In this document: positions 13,101 through 27,682 of the stretch, in pieces
Numbering within the stretch: position 1 is the first letter of the stretch
How the letters are laid out: each line of letters starts with the position of its first letter
DNA from: Rhizaria sp. SCN 62-66
Taxonomy: Eukaryota
NCBI GenBank assembly: GCA_001724265.1
Contig: MEDY01000125.1
Location: forward strand, 1 to 64,000
DNA length: 64,000 nt
Reading direction: 5' to 3'
Made by a program: the position numbers and the translations under genes
Notes under the pieces: generated by a model
The model's input: only the letters and a program-made list of their open reading frames with translations
What the model was told of the DNA's origin: nothing
Databases searched by the model: none

Positions 13101-16100
13101 GTCGGCGGGGATCGAGGCCAGCTTGGCCAGCGCCACATCGTCCTCGCGACGCCGCAGCGCGATGTCGGCCTCGGCAAGCGTGAAGCGGTGCAGCTCGGCC
13201 GCCGCCGTCGCCGCGCCCGCCGCGCCCGCGCCGCCGCCCTGCTTACGTGCGCGCGCCGCGGCGGCGGCGGCCGTGGCAGAGAAGTCGGCCTGGAGCTCGG
13301 CCATGACGCGCAACGCGTCCTGCGGCTTACCGGCCTCCATCAGCGCCGACGCGAGCGCAGTCAGCACCTGCAGCCGCTGCTGCGTCGAGTACACGCCGCC
13401 CACAGCCGCCGCGTCGCTCAGAGAGAGCGGGCAGAACGCGCCCGCGCCAGCAGAGCCCGCGGGCCCGGCGCCACGGTTGGCGACCGCGGCGGCGGCGGCG
13501 GCGGCGGCGGCGGAGCCCGCGGCGGGCTTGACGAGCGCCGAGTAAACGCGCATGCCGGGCAGCGCGGCGGCGGCCGTGAGCAGCTTGAGCCCCTCGCCGG
13601 CGGCCACGCTAGTGCCCGCGGCCTCTGCCTCCGCGTCTGCGAGCCGCACGAGCAGCAAGTGGTAGAGCGAGGAGCGGCGCGGGACGGCGAAGTCGTAGGC
13701 GCGCGCCTGGTCCAGCATCGCCGACACCGCGCGCACGACGCTGTGCGGCAGCGCAGCGGACCCGGCGTCGGACGACGAGGACGAAGCCGCGCTCGCGGAG
13801 GTCGCAGCGAGGGCCATGCCGCGGCCGGGCGCGGTGATAATGTAGCCGCGGATGTAGCCAGTAGCCGCGGCCCCGCTGCCGCCACCGCCGCTCGCGCCGC
13901 TGCCAGACGAGGCCGAGGTCGCGGTGGAGGGCTTGGAGACCTGGAGCAGCGCGGACGTGAGGTACAGCTCGGCCGAGACCGAGGCCCAGGCCGCGCCCGC
14001 GCTAGCGTAGGCCGCCGCGGGCACCACCGCGGGCCCCGCAGTGCGCGCGCGCGCGTTGTCTGCGGCGCCGCTGCCGGTGGAGTCGCGTGCCGAGAGCAGC
14101 TGCTGGAGCTGCGCGACGGCGCGCTCTGCGAGCCCAAATTCGCGCAGCAGCGTGCGCGCGCGGGCCAGCGCGGCGAGCGCGCGCACTGCGCCCGGCGCGA
14201 CGGTGACGATCGAGTCGAGGCACTTGCACAGCGCCGTCAGCGTGGGCGACGGGTCGTCGCTCGCGTGCTGCGGCGCGTCGCCCGCGAACGAGACGACTAG
14301 CTCGGCCGCGTTCGAGACCAGGTCGAGCGGGATGCGGTGGTAGAGCGCCAGCGTGCCGGCCAGCGGGCCCGTCTCGAGCTGCTGCAGCGCCGCTGTCGCG
14401 GCCTTGACCACAGTAAGGAACTGCTCCGCGGCGCGCGTCTCGTCGCGGTAATACCGCCACGCAATCACGCCGTGCAAGTACGCCGCCGTCGCCTTGGTGC
14501 GGACCGCGCGGCCCGCCAGCGCGCCGCGGCCAAGCGCCAGCGCGTCGCTGCCGCCGCCGCCGCCGTCGCCCGTGCCGTCGCCGCCCGCGTCGTCGCCGCC
14601 GCCCGCCGCGTTGGCATCGTCCTCTGCATTCTCGATCTCGCGCAGGAACTCAAGCTCCTGCACCGCCTCCTTGAACTCGCCCGCATGCACGCGGCACTGG
14701 ATCTTGCCGTACAAGGCCTCCACAGAGTCCTGTGGTGATGACAGAAAGACAGAACAAAACAAAAATATTGAATAATATGGGTGATATGTGAGCGTTGACA
14801 ATAAATCTATATAACGCGATGTGGCGTGGTTTGACAGCAACAAAACAATTAAATTAGTCAAAAATGTCGTTATGATTGCGATATCTCGCTTTGCTTTTGA
14901 GTTAAACGCACCTGGTCGAGGTTGCTGGCGTCGCGAAAGACGGCCGTGGCGGCGGCGTAGTCCCCGCGCGCGGCCGCCAGCGCACCCGCGTCTGCGTGGT
15001 AGGCCGACACGCCGGGCGCACCCGCGGTGGCCCTCGAGAGGAAGACGGCCGCGACGTCGAGCACGGTCTCGCGGCCGCCCGCCCAGGCCGTCAGCGCGCG
15101 ACCCGCGCAGGCGTATAGCGCGTGCGCCGCGGGCTCCTGCGCGTCAAGCGCGAGCAGCAGCGCCTCGCCGCGCCGCAGCACGGCCGCCGTGTCGGCCTCC
15201 TGTGTGAGCGCCGCGATCAGCTCCGTCTGCAGCGCCGTCAGGTTACCGGGCTCGCGCGCCAGCACCCGGGCCGCGGCTGAGAGTGCGTCCTCCCACGCGC
15301 CCAGCTTGACCTGCAGGCGCATCTTGTCGCAGAGCCCGGGCAGGAAGTGTGGCCAGAGCACGATGAGCGCGTTGAGGTCCTGCATCGCCGCGTTGAGCTC
15401 GGGAGGGCTCTGCTGCTCGCACGCCGCCGCGCGCGCCAGCAGCGCGGGCAAGGACCTGCCCGCGGCGCCGCCCGAGCCCGCGCCGGCCCCCGCGGCGCCG
15501 GCAAAGATGCCCGAGGCGGCGGCAGCGGCGGCCTGCGCTTCGAAGGTCTCGGCCGCGAGCGTGGCGTACTGCACGGCGCGACGCTCGTGGCGTGCGAAAC
15601 CAGTCGCCAGGTACACGAAGCCGGCGGCAACCTGCGCCGGATAGTAGCCGGCGTTGCGCTCGAGGACCTTGTCGACGCAGTGCTTGGCCTGCTTGATCTT
15701 GCCCGTCTGCCAGAAGTAGAGCGCGGCCAGCACGAAGCCGTCGTCCGAGGCGGCACGTGTCTGCTGCTTGAGCTCGTCGCGCAGCCAGGCCATCTCCTGC
15801 GCGTCCGCGGTCGGCGCCGCCGCGCCCGAAGAGTCCTTGGCCTTGTGCGTGGTGATGAGCGCGGCCACGACGGCCAGCCCGAAGTGCGGCAGCGGGCGCA
15901 GCGCGTTGAGCTCGCGCAGTGCGTCGGCGCGGCGGCCCTGAGAGGTCAGCGCGAACGCCAGCCAGAAGCGCGCAGTCGCGTCAAGCGTAAACGGGCCGGT
16001 GGGGCCCTGCGCGGAGACGCCGCCGTAGCCGCCTTGCTGCTGCTGCTTGCGGATGGCGGCCGTGGCGAGGCGCTCGATGGTCTGGAAGTGGCCGCGCTGG

Positions 16101-16207
16101 GCGTGCCAGGTCACCAGGTACTGGAACTCGGCGGCCTCGATCGCGGCGGGCGAGCAGTGCACCAGGTCAGCCGCCGTCATCTGGCCCGCGGGCGCGTTGG
16201 GGTCCAT
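10189..16207 (-). CDS. IFT139: Intraflagellar transport protein IFT139 / TTC21 (TPR protein of IFT-A), 3 exons, about 1894 aa
   Basis: Exons 16207-14912, 14729-10503 and 10350-10189; introns GTGCGT...CAG and GTACGA...CAG. TPR-like helices, QVPKARNQLKRIAK, and a C-terminus NPAVGYKLAYN...[23 protein letters not shown] matching the TTC21B C-terminus. Stop TGA. Confidence 0.9.
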
Positions 16208-17194
16208 TCGTGGCGAGGGATAAAGCAGCGCGTGCTGAGTTTACTGTGACTGGCGCTGGGGGACGATGGGGAAGCGCCCGATATGACCGTTTACAACGGG
16301 CAAGAGGCTAAAGGGGAGCGTTTAGTCGGGACAGAAACGCCTGGGGATTCGCTCTGTGCCGGCAAATGGTGCGTGCAACAGCGGTGTAAGTGGCGGCCGG
16401 GCTAAACCTGCTAGAGTCAAAGCCTGTGGGGAAGGAGCGTCGGAGGGAGAGAATTTGTGAGGGTGATATTAGACTCCAATGCGACCATGCAGAAACAGTG
16501 CCAGAAAGCAAAGAAGACGTTCGTCAACAGAGCCACCTAAAGGTTATTATATAACCCAACGACATTAAATTATATATATTTGCTTGCATTGCAATTTTGC
16601 GAAGAAACGACGGCGCAGGCAACGATCCTAAGTGGTCATTTTGAAATAACCTCGAGCTGCTGCCGACTTTTTACGAACCCTGCCTCGCCAGTCGCGCTCG
16701 CTCGTGGTTGGTGCGGCTGCTGGCCGACGAGCGACCGAGCTGTGGGGTAGTGGGGCTGGTAGAAAACCGGATGCAGGTCTGCATGTGATCACGGGTTTGC
16801 TTTGTTATATCGATGAATAATGTGTTGGTGGTGATACCAATGTGGTGTATTGATTTCTGGACTTGGCGGTGCCGGCATTGTACCGCATGGACTGGGTCTG
16901 GTGGAGAGACGTCACCGACTTGGCCAGCGGGGAAACTTGTTGGATCACACAGGGTCTGGTCACTCCTGTGGACATTGCAATTAAGGAATATGATACCATA
17001 TGGAGTTGTATACCTTATATTTGCTCTACGCCGCGCCTTAGCGAAATGGCCCCCCACTTAACGCTCTCTTTAGGACCAGGTTCATGTCCGCTGACCGAGT
17101 GCTGTGGGGTGGCGCTTGTCTTTGTCTTCTTTCCGCTGTCTCACATTCCATTGCCTTCATCCTCTTGTTTCTCGTGCATTACAGGCTTCGCAAC

Positions 17195-17823
17195 ATGGCT
17201 ACGGTTGTCTACTGGGGCGATATCTGGAACAACATCGATTCCTACTCCTGGGCGAGCTTCGGAATGGGCCTCTCGATCGGCCTTTCTGTTCTCGGCGCTG
17301 CTTGGTACGTTTCCGCCTGCCCCTCTCTTCGTTTTTCGCCACTCAGACGCGTCTTGCACCGCTTGCTCACGCTATTTTGCTGTTTGTCCTCTTTGTCCTA
17401 TTGCTCTGCAGGGGTATCTTCCTGACCGGCTCCTCGCTGCTCGGTGCCGCCATCAAGGCCCCCCGCATCCGCTCTAAGAACCTCATTTCCATTATTTTCT
17501 GCGAGGCCACTGCCATTTACGGCGTCATTATCGCGATTATTCTCCTCAACAAGTACACGGCTGGCAATGGTGACATCACGAAAAACCGCATCAAGCGCGC
17601 CTTCGCCGGTTACGCCATCTTCGCCTCCGGCCTCACGGTTGGCCTCTCGAACCTCTTCTGCGGCATCTGCGTCGGCATTGTCGGCTCCGCCTGCGCGCTC
17701 GCAGACGCCCAGAACCCCACGCTCTTCGTCTCCATGCTCATTATCGAAATTTTCGGCTCCGCTCTGGGCCTGTTCGGTGTCATTATCGGCATCATTCAGT
17801 CCGCTGACGCGTCCTTCCCGTAA
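17195..17823 (+). CDS. VMA16: V-type ATPase V0 proteolipid subunit c'' (Vma16/ATP6V0B), 2 exons, about 173 aa
   Basis: Exons 17195-17304 and 17412-17823; intron 17305-17411 (GTACGT...CAG). Motifs [47 protein letters not shown]. Stop TAA. Confidence 0.95.
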
Positions 17824-18809
17824 GCACACAGCCCACGACTCTCTCAATGGTCGACGTCTGCTCTCCGCCGCCAGCCTTTGGGGCGGTGGCAGACTGCTGT
17901 GCGCGGGTACAGAGCAAACACGCGCGCACATTGCGATTGCACAGTACAGCCACACAGCGCGCCGCGTCAGTCGCCACACCGACAGTGAGCGACGACGCGA
18001 TGCGTACGTGTGTGTGTAAGTGTTCTCTCGTGTGCGAGTCTGCTGCTCTGTATGACGCTCACCACACTGTGTGTGTCTCACTGTCTTTTGGGTATCACAA
18101 CAGTTGTGCAGTGTGGAGAAGCCACACAGTGTTAAATAACCCCCCTCAACATCCACTACATCCTCTCAATTTTTCAAATCTATCCTGAAAATTCCCGATT
18201 TGGTTTTACTCGCGCGGACGGCCGTTTGCAGCCGCGCGAAGCTACTTTAGCTGTGCCCGATCGCTCTTTCTCTCCGCACGTGTGCGTCTCCCGCTTTCTG
18301 CATAATATCCCGAGAGTGGGACCACTTGGCGTCGGCGAGGACGAGTGTGAGGGCTTAAGCGCGCGCGCGGGCGGTAAGCGCCTGCGCGCGTGCGTCGTGT
18401 TGGACAACTGGTGATGATACGAACAACAATAACACTAACTACACTAATATCAACAAAAACAATAACAAAAAAGAACAACCAAGCAGTGCGGTTTGACGCT
18501 GCAAAAGAATACAAAGTCTTTTAATTTCATCTACGCAAGCTAGCCAGGTGCTTCTGAATCCTCAACTTGCCTAAGTATCTTGTACCGGACTCGCATTGAT
18601 GTGATTATGAATATTTATGTATTTACTATATCGTTACTTAATATTTACTAACGTTCCTCACCAACCAAACACCATTACAATAATAAACACGACTGAACAA
18701 AACCACGTCAGCTCTCGTAGCGAGTCGCCTCGGTTAGATAGATGTTCTCTCATGTTCGCTCAGACACAGACAAACGTGTCAGTGCTTCACTGTGCAGAAA
18801 GACATGCGC

Positions 18810-20111
18810 TTAGAGGCGCTCGTTCTCGAAGACGCCCGCGGCGCCCATGCCGGAGCCGATGCACATGGAGATGATGCCGTAGCGCTTGCCCTGGCGCTGG
18901 AGCTCGTTGAGGAGCGTGCTGACCATGCGCGCGCCCGTGCAGCCGAGCGGGTGGCCAAGCGCGATGGCGCCGCCGTTGGGGTTCACGCGCGCCATGTCGA
19001 GCCCGACGTGCTTGACCGACATGGTGGCCTGCGACGCGAAGGCCTCGTTGAGCTCGAAGACGGCGATGTCGTCCTTGGACAGGCCCGTCTGCTCGAGGAC
19101 CGCCGGGATCGCGAAGGCCGGGCCGATGCCCATCACGCTGGGCGGCACGCCGACGCAGGAGAAGCCGCGGAAGGCGCCCAGCACGGGCAGGCCCAGCTCC
19201 TTGGCGCGCGCGCGCGTGGTCAGCAGCACGGCCGCGGCGCCGTCAGAGACCTGGGACGCGTTGCCGGCCGTGGTGGAGCCGCCGGGCTGGAACGCGGGCT
19301 TGAGCTTCGAGAGGCCCTCAAAGGTGGTTTCGGCGCGGGCGCCCTCGTCAGTGTCAACGACAACCTCCTTGCGCGCGCCCGTCTTGGGGTCCACGACGAC
19401 GGTCTTGACGGGCACGATCTCGTCCTTGAACTTGCCGGCCTTGATGGCGGCCACAGCGCGCTTGTGCGAGGTCACGGCCAGTTCGTCCTGCTCCTTGCGC
19501 GTCACCTTCCACTGCGCCGCGACGTTCTCGCTGGTGATGCCCATGGGCAACAGGCAGTCCTTGGCCTGCTGGTTAAGGAAGATCTTGGGGTTCATCGCGC
19601 CCTCCCAGCCGAACTTGGCCGTGGACATGGACTCGACGCCCGCGGCGATGCCCATGTCGTAGTAGCCCGCCTTGATGCTCGCGGCCACGTGCGCCACGGC
19701 CTGCAACCCTGAGGAGCACTGGCGGTTGATCGTGTGGATTGAGACAGAGTCGGGGATACCCGCGATGAGCGCGGCCATGCGCGCCTCGTTGGCGCGCTGG
19801 ACGTTGGAGCCCAGGACGGAGCCGACGACGATGTCGCCGACGAGCTTGGGGTCGACCTTGCTGTCCGCGACCACGGCCTGGAAGACGGACGAGAGCAGGT
19901 CCTCCACGGGGGTGTCCTTGAAGCCACCGCGGCGCGCCTTGGTGATGGCGGTGCGGCGCGCGGCGACGACGACGATATCATCGTCGGCCTTCGTGCCGGG
20001 GGTGCCCATCGCGCTCTTGGGCACCGACGCCGCGCCCGCGGTGGGGGCGGCCTCGACAGAGCGCGCGGGCTTGCCGGTGGCGTGGGAGAGAAGGACGTCA
20101 ATGCGGTTCAT
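18810..20111 (-). CDS. ACAA1: 3-ketoacyl-CoA thiolase, probably peroxisomal (PTS2), about 433 aa
   Basis: Thiolase motifs INRQCSSGLQ, NEAFASQ, GGAIALGHPLGCTG, SMCIGSGMG. N-terminal RIDVLLSHA fits the PTS2 consensus. Likely ATG at 20111; stop TAA. Confidence 0.93.
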   Translation of the reverse strand: MNRIDVLLSHATGKPARSVEAAPTAGAASVPKSAMGTPGTKADDDIVVVAARRTAITKARRGGFKDTPVEDLLSSVFQAVVADSKVDPKLVGDIVVGSVLGSNVQRANEARMAALIAGIPDSVSIHTINRQCSSGLQAVAHVAASIKAGYYDMGIAAGVESMSTAKFGWEGAMNPKIFLNQQAKDCLLPMGITSENVAAQWKVTRKEQDELAVTSHKRAVAAIKAGKFKDEIVPVKTVVVDPKTGARKEVVVDTDEGARAETTFEGLSKLKPAFQPGGSTTAGNASQVSDGAAAVLLTTRARAKELGLPVLGAFRGFSCVGVPPSVMGIGPAFAIPAVLEQTGLSKDDIAVFELNEAFASQATMSVKHVGLDMARVNPNGGAIALGHPLGCTGARMVSTLLNELQRQGKRYGIISMCIGSGMGAAGVFENERL

Positions 20112-21005
20112 CTCGGATGAAAGTGGGTCTGCGTGCGCGCAAAAAGTGAAACCAGGGGAGAAAGGGGAGTCAGCAAGATGCATGGAAGAGTACCAGAGGG
20201 GGTAGATAAACGCATGTGCGATTAGACAGGAGATGGAAGAGTCGTATGATGTCAGTATAGCCTGTAAAATCCGCAAAACCTGGTTTGGTGTTGGGGACAA
20301 GCTCAACTATGCATGGCTGTGTTGACTCAACAGAAGACATCGTGGAGTGGGGGCGATAAAACCCGCCAGGAGATACCCGCGCTCTGTCTTTGCGCAGGAA
20401 GGAAAGCATGTAATAAATAAACATAACACGCGTGCGCAGCTTGTCAGAAAACCAAAAATTGCCGAATGCCGCATCCCTGCAGAGCGCATTCGACTCTGAT
20501 TGCAGCTGATCCGTCCGTCGGCGACAAGCACCACTGAGACTCTGTCTCGGTCGGTCGGTCCAGTCTGCCCTTTCTCGATCTCGTTCGTGGTGGTCGGAGC
20601 CAGTCTCGCGGCTAACCTTCCAGACGACCACAAACAGGTCCTCGATGGTTGGAGTGACCAGAGTTTGAACAAAGACAGCTTAAGGGATCGTGGTCCGTGA
20701 TTTCGGAGTTTGAGTGACTGTCACGAAGTATTTTATGGATGATCTCTGTGATGTTTTCATTTGCTGCGCCGCAGTCGTCGTCTTGAGGTGCATCGGGACG
20801 CCATGAATCTTCTGCTCCATCAGCAAAGAACCTCTCACTCAAGGGTCCCTCTCTGCCACACTTTAGGACTGATTCAACCTTCCCTAAATAGATTGCACTA
20901 ATATCACACGCTATCCTCGCCTCTTTTCAACGTTACCCCACCACTCCCATCTCTGACAGCCCGTTTATCCATGAAACCTTCCCTACGGCCACGATCTCAC
21001 CCTGA

Positions 21006-23651
<2,646 letters not shown>

Positions 23652-23745
23652 GCGCGCGGACGCGGTCGCGGTTGCACGAACCACCATCACTGTGTAATCA
23701 CGTCGGGCGAAGACACCACGAGCACTGCTTGTGCAGAGAGTCGCT

Positions 23746-23789
23746 CGAATGTGGATGAGCGCACTAGCGAATGTGGATGAGCGCACTAG
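23746..23789 (+). repeat. Perfect 22-bp tandem duplication in the Cdc48 3' region
   Basis: cgaatgtggatgagcgcactag occurs at 23746-23767 and 23768-23789. Confidence 0.9.
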
Positions 23790-24627
23790 CTGTGAGTAGA
23801 GTGAGTGAGTGTCGCTCGGCTTTTTCTTTTTTGTTCTTTCGCTCTTCTTTTTCTTCTCCTTTCAGTAACGCAAAACCGAATTAAACCAAAACAAAAAACT
23901 ACAACACAAACAAGCAAACTAACGACGCAACTATGTTGCAGCAGTGTTTTGTTCTTTTTCTCTCCACTGTTACTATATGATGCAGGACGTGCGTTGTTCA
24001 ATTTCGCCCGTCACTGTATAGATTTAGTTCTTATAATTGTTTTTTAATACATATCCCATACTATCATCTCCGACTCTCTTCCTACGCGTGCTGAAATGAC
24101 ACAGTAACATCAGCGTGACACGCTCGCTGCGGACTATCGGTAGCTTGAGGAGCACGCGTAGTAAACGTGATGCGACCAAAGCCAGAAGTCCGTCTAATAG
24201 CCAAATAGCAGGTGCTCTGTATATATTTGTATTAGTATTTTTTGTATCCTTATTTTTAGTTCTTCTTCTGTGTGTTAAGCATGTCTACGAGAACAAAGAA
24301 ATTGCTGCCAACGACACTGCGAGACCTCTTCAATATCTGCTTGCCGTTTTCGACATGACTCACACTCACACTCGCGATAACTGAATGTTCTTCTCTGCAT
24401 GTGTTATTCAGGTACTTTTGCGTCTTAGAAACGCGTTTTCTTTCTCTGTATCAGTTGTTGCATTGCGCCCAGTTCAGCACAAGTTGCAACGTTCTCGACG
24501 CAGCTGAAGCCAGTAACCAGCCTGCGCTGCTGAGTCCTTGCGTTCTGCATCGAACTCACTAAGACTATCCGCACAACCCGCTATAGTAGCACCATCGCGT
24601 TTGCCCGCGAGTCTCCACGTTATCACA

Positions 24628-27360
24628 ATGGCTGAAGAAGAGGATCTGAACGTGAACCCGCTGTTCGAGTACCTGCAGGGCGGCAACGTGCTCGAACAGG
24701 CCGCCGCCAAGAACTACCTCGTTCTCATCCCTGCCGCAGCCTCGCTCGCGCTCTGCACCATTAACCGTGAGTTTGCCACCACGCATATCCTTGCGCGACC
24801 GAAGCCCGACGCCGCAGACCCGACAGCGCACGCCACTGTGAGCGGCAAGATCGTCCACTTGCGCGACCGCGCCTTCACCACAGGGGCTGGCTTCCCCACG
24901 CCTGCGCGCGTCTGCGCCGTCGCCTCCGAGGAGACGTACTACACCGAGAGCTTTGCGTCCTTCCAGCTCATGCGCCTCACGCTCCCGCTGCTGGGCAAGG
25001 TCTCCCCCGCGTATATGCAGTCGATCTCGGCGCAGCCGCTGAGCTCGACGCCCGTCGATCGGCGCACGCCCGCCGAGCACGAGGCAGTCCTGCGCAAGGC
25101 ACTGCCGGCCGCCGCCGCGGACCTGGCCGCCTTCCGCGCGCGCTTTGCCGCTGAGTTCCTCACCAGCTACGTTATGGTGCGCGGCTTCGAAGGCCAGACC
25201 GGCGACAAGGTCCGCAGCGCCTGCGCCAAGGCTGTGGCGGACGCCGTCGCCAAGCAGCGCGCCGCGCCCGCGTCGTCGTCCTCGGGCCCCTCCGCCGCGG
25301 CGGCCGCGCAGCAGGGCCAGGCGGCGCCGGGCGTGTTCAGCGCGGCGACGCTGGCGGAGCTGGAGGTCGCGCTCGACGCCTGTGTGCTCAGCGACATCGG
25401 CGGCAAGGTGCTGGGCACGATCCGCGAGTTCTACGCGCGCGCCGACGCGTCGCTCACTGCATTAGGCGCCACGGCACAGGTGCTGCGGCTGCCCGAGCTT
25501 CTCGCGCTGCTGGGGCTGCGGCCCGCGCTGCGTCCGGACCTCACGGCCGCGCTGGAAGCCTTTGAGGGCGTGCTGCCGGAGCAAGACGCACACTAGCACT
25601 CGCTGTCGCGGTCGCATGCGCACGCGCAAGCGCCCGTGCCGCTACAGATGCTGGGCGCGCTGGAGCGCACCGTGCGCGCGCTCACCGCCGCCTGCGAGGC
25701 CGGACCCAGCACCAGCTCCGCGACTGCGGGGGCGTCTGGATCGTCTGGGTCCACGGCGACGGCTGCCGCCGCTGCGGTGAGCGCGAGCGACCCGGTGACT
25801 GCGGACGACATGTTGCCGCTGACGGTCGCGCTTGTGCTGCACTCGAACCACGACCACCTGCACAGCCTGCTGCAGTACCTCCGCCACTTCAAGCCCCCCG
25901 CGGCGACCGCGGGGCGGCTTAACTTGTCGCACCTTGAGGTCCACCTCGTGACCTTCGAGTCGGCCGTGGCCTACGCGCGCTCCGACGCCTTCAGCGCGGC
26001 CCTGCACGCCGCGATCACCGCGCGTGCCGCCTCGGCCGCCGGCGGCGCGACAGCCGGCGCAGCGCAGTCCGCAGGCCCCGCCAGCGGCCGCTTCCGCGAG
26101 TCCGTCGGCGGCGCGGGGCACGGCGCCGGCGCCGGCAGCGGCGGCGGCGGCGGCGTCTACGGACCCGCGCTGCTCGGCGCCGGGGGCGGTGGCGGCGGCG
26201 CGTACGGCGGCGGCCACGCGCTCGCCACGTCCTCGTCCGCGTTGCACCCCGCCAGCGGTGCGATCGGCGTCAACGGAGCCAACGGCGGCGACGCGAGACG
26301 CCCGTCGCTGGCGCAAATGCAGATGCAGGCGCTGAGTGGCGGCGACGCGCGCGGCGGCGGCGGGCTCGATGCCGCGCGCGGCGGGCTCGCGCGCATCGGC
26401 TCCGCCTCCCGCATCTCGCTCTCGGGCGCCGCCAGCACGAACGGCAATATCGTCTCTGGCAGCGGCGTTAGTAGCAATGGCGGCGGAATGACGCTACGGA
26501 ACCCGGCGCTGGGCTCGGCGGGCACGCTCCCCGGCCGCCGCGCCACGGCCACCGTCGCCGCGGGGCCCGTAGTCTCGCTGGTCCGCGGCGCCGGCGGCGC
26601 CGGCGGAGCACTCCACGGCCACGGCTACGGTGCGGGCGCCGCGGGGGCGGAGAGCTCCGACGATGACTCGTCGACCGACGATCTCGGCGGGGGCGGCCAC
26701 GGCTACGGCGGCGGGCGGCACAGGCGCGCGCCATCGGGCGCGGGGACGGGAGCGCTCTCGCTGTCGCGGTTCGGTTCCTTCCACGCCTCCGACCCCGAGG
26801 ACGGCGGCGCCAACGCGCACAACAGCAACGCGGGCGTGAACGCGCATAGCGGGCTCCAACAGCACCAGCATCAGCAGCTGAGTCTGGACGCGCGCGTCGC
26901 CGCGCTGTCGCTCGCGCCCGCGGCTACGGGGGGCGCCCGCGTGCCGCCGCACTCGGCCACCCACCACGCCAGCGCCGGCGGCAATGCGCAGTCCGGGCTG
27001 CGGCCGCGCGTCAACTACGGCGAGATCGCCCGCCAGACGCGCCATGAGCTCGGGCTCGACGGCGGCGGCGGCGGCGGTGCCAACGGCGGGCTCTCTCTCC
27101 GCAACCACGGCGCCGGCGTCGCGCCGGGCAAGTACGGCACGATGCCTGCGCGCGGCCGCGGCAGCGTCAGCGGCGGGCTACCCGGCGGCGGCTTCGGGCT
27201 CGGCGCGGGCAGCCACGGCCACGGCCACGGCCCCGGCGCCGGCGCCGGCGCCGGGGGCCAGGGCGGCGCGGACGAGGCGGACCCAAACCTGGGCGCGTTC
27301 TTGTCCAGGCTCATGTCCTCGGACTCGGCGTCGGGCCGCGTCAACGAGTACAAGCGCTGA
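24628..27360 (+). CDS. VPS9-domain Rab GEF with a VARP/ANKRD27-like N-terminus, about 910 aa, one in-frame TAG (25594-25596)
   Basis: N-terminus EEDLNVNPLFEYLQ...LVLIP...SEETYY resembles VARP. The VPS9 core motif ADDMLPLTVALVLHSN lies downstream of the TAG in the same frame, and GC-rich coding composition is continuous across it. Stop TGA. Confidence 0.75.
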
Positions 27361-27682
27361 GCACCGCGTTGATCAGCATGCGCCGAGCAGCGCCACAGCT
27401 AGCTGTCACACAGCTAGCTGTGTGCGCGTGATACAGTCTGAGGGAGACAGTGGTGATATTTTCATTTTCAAGTTGGCGATGTGGTCAAAAATAATCACGA
27501 ATTTGCACTGATTTAGAAGAACAAACTGTACTGAATACAAACACATTAATAATCGAATTCGACTGTATTGTTTTTTATCATTGCATGGCCCCTGTTGGCT
27601 TACTCGCCACCGCACTGCGCCACTGCGCTCCTAAGCTAATCATCTCTGCCAAAACAAACCACTGCTCTCTCCGGCTCAAAGC

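Noticed and set aside
16671-17190. Short ORFs between IFT139 and V-ATPase c''
   Set aside because: Divergent promoter/5'UTR region with no coding bias or motifs.
23746-23789. Short direct repeats (also 5723-5752 and about 33016-33045) as CRISPR or transposon ends
   Set aside because: Only two copies each, no spacer array and no transposase; these look like ordinary slippage duplications in UTR or intergenic DNA.
25594-25596. Pyrrolysine or selenocysteine explanation for the in-frame stops
   Set aside because: Sec uses UGA, and Pyl is known only from archaea and bacteria. The TAGs lie in non-catalytic, variable positions.
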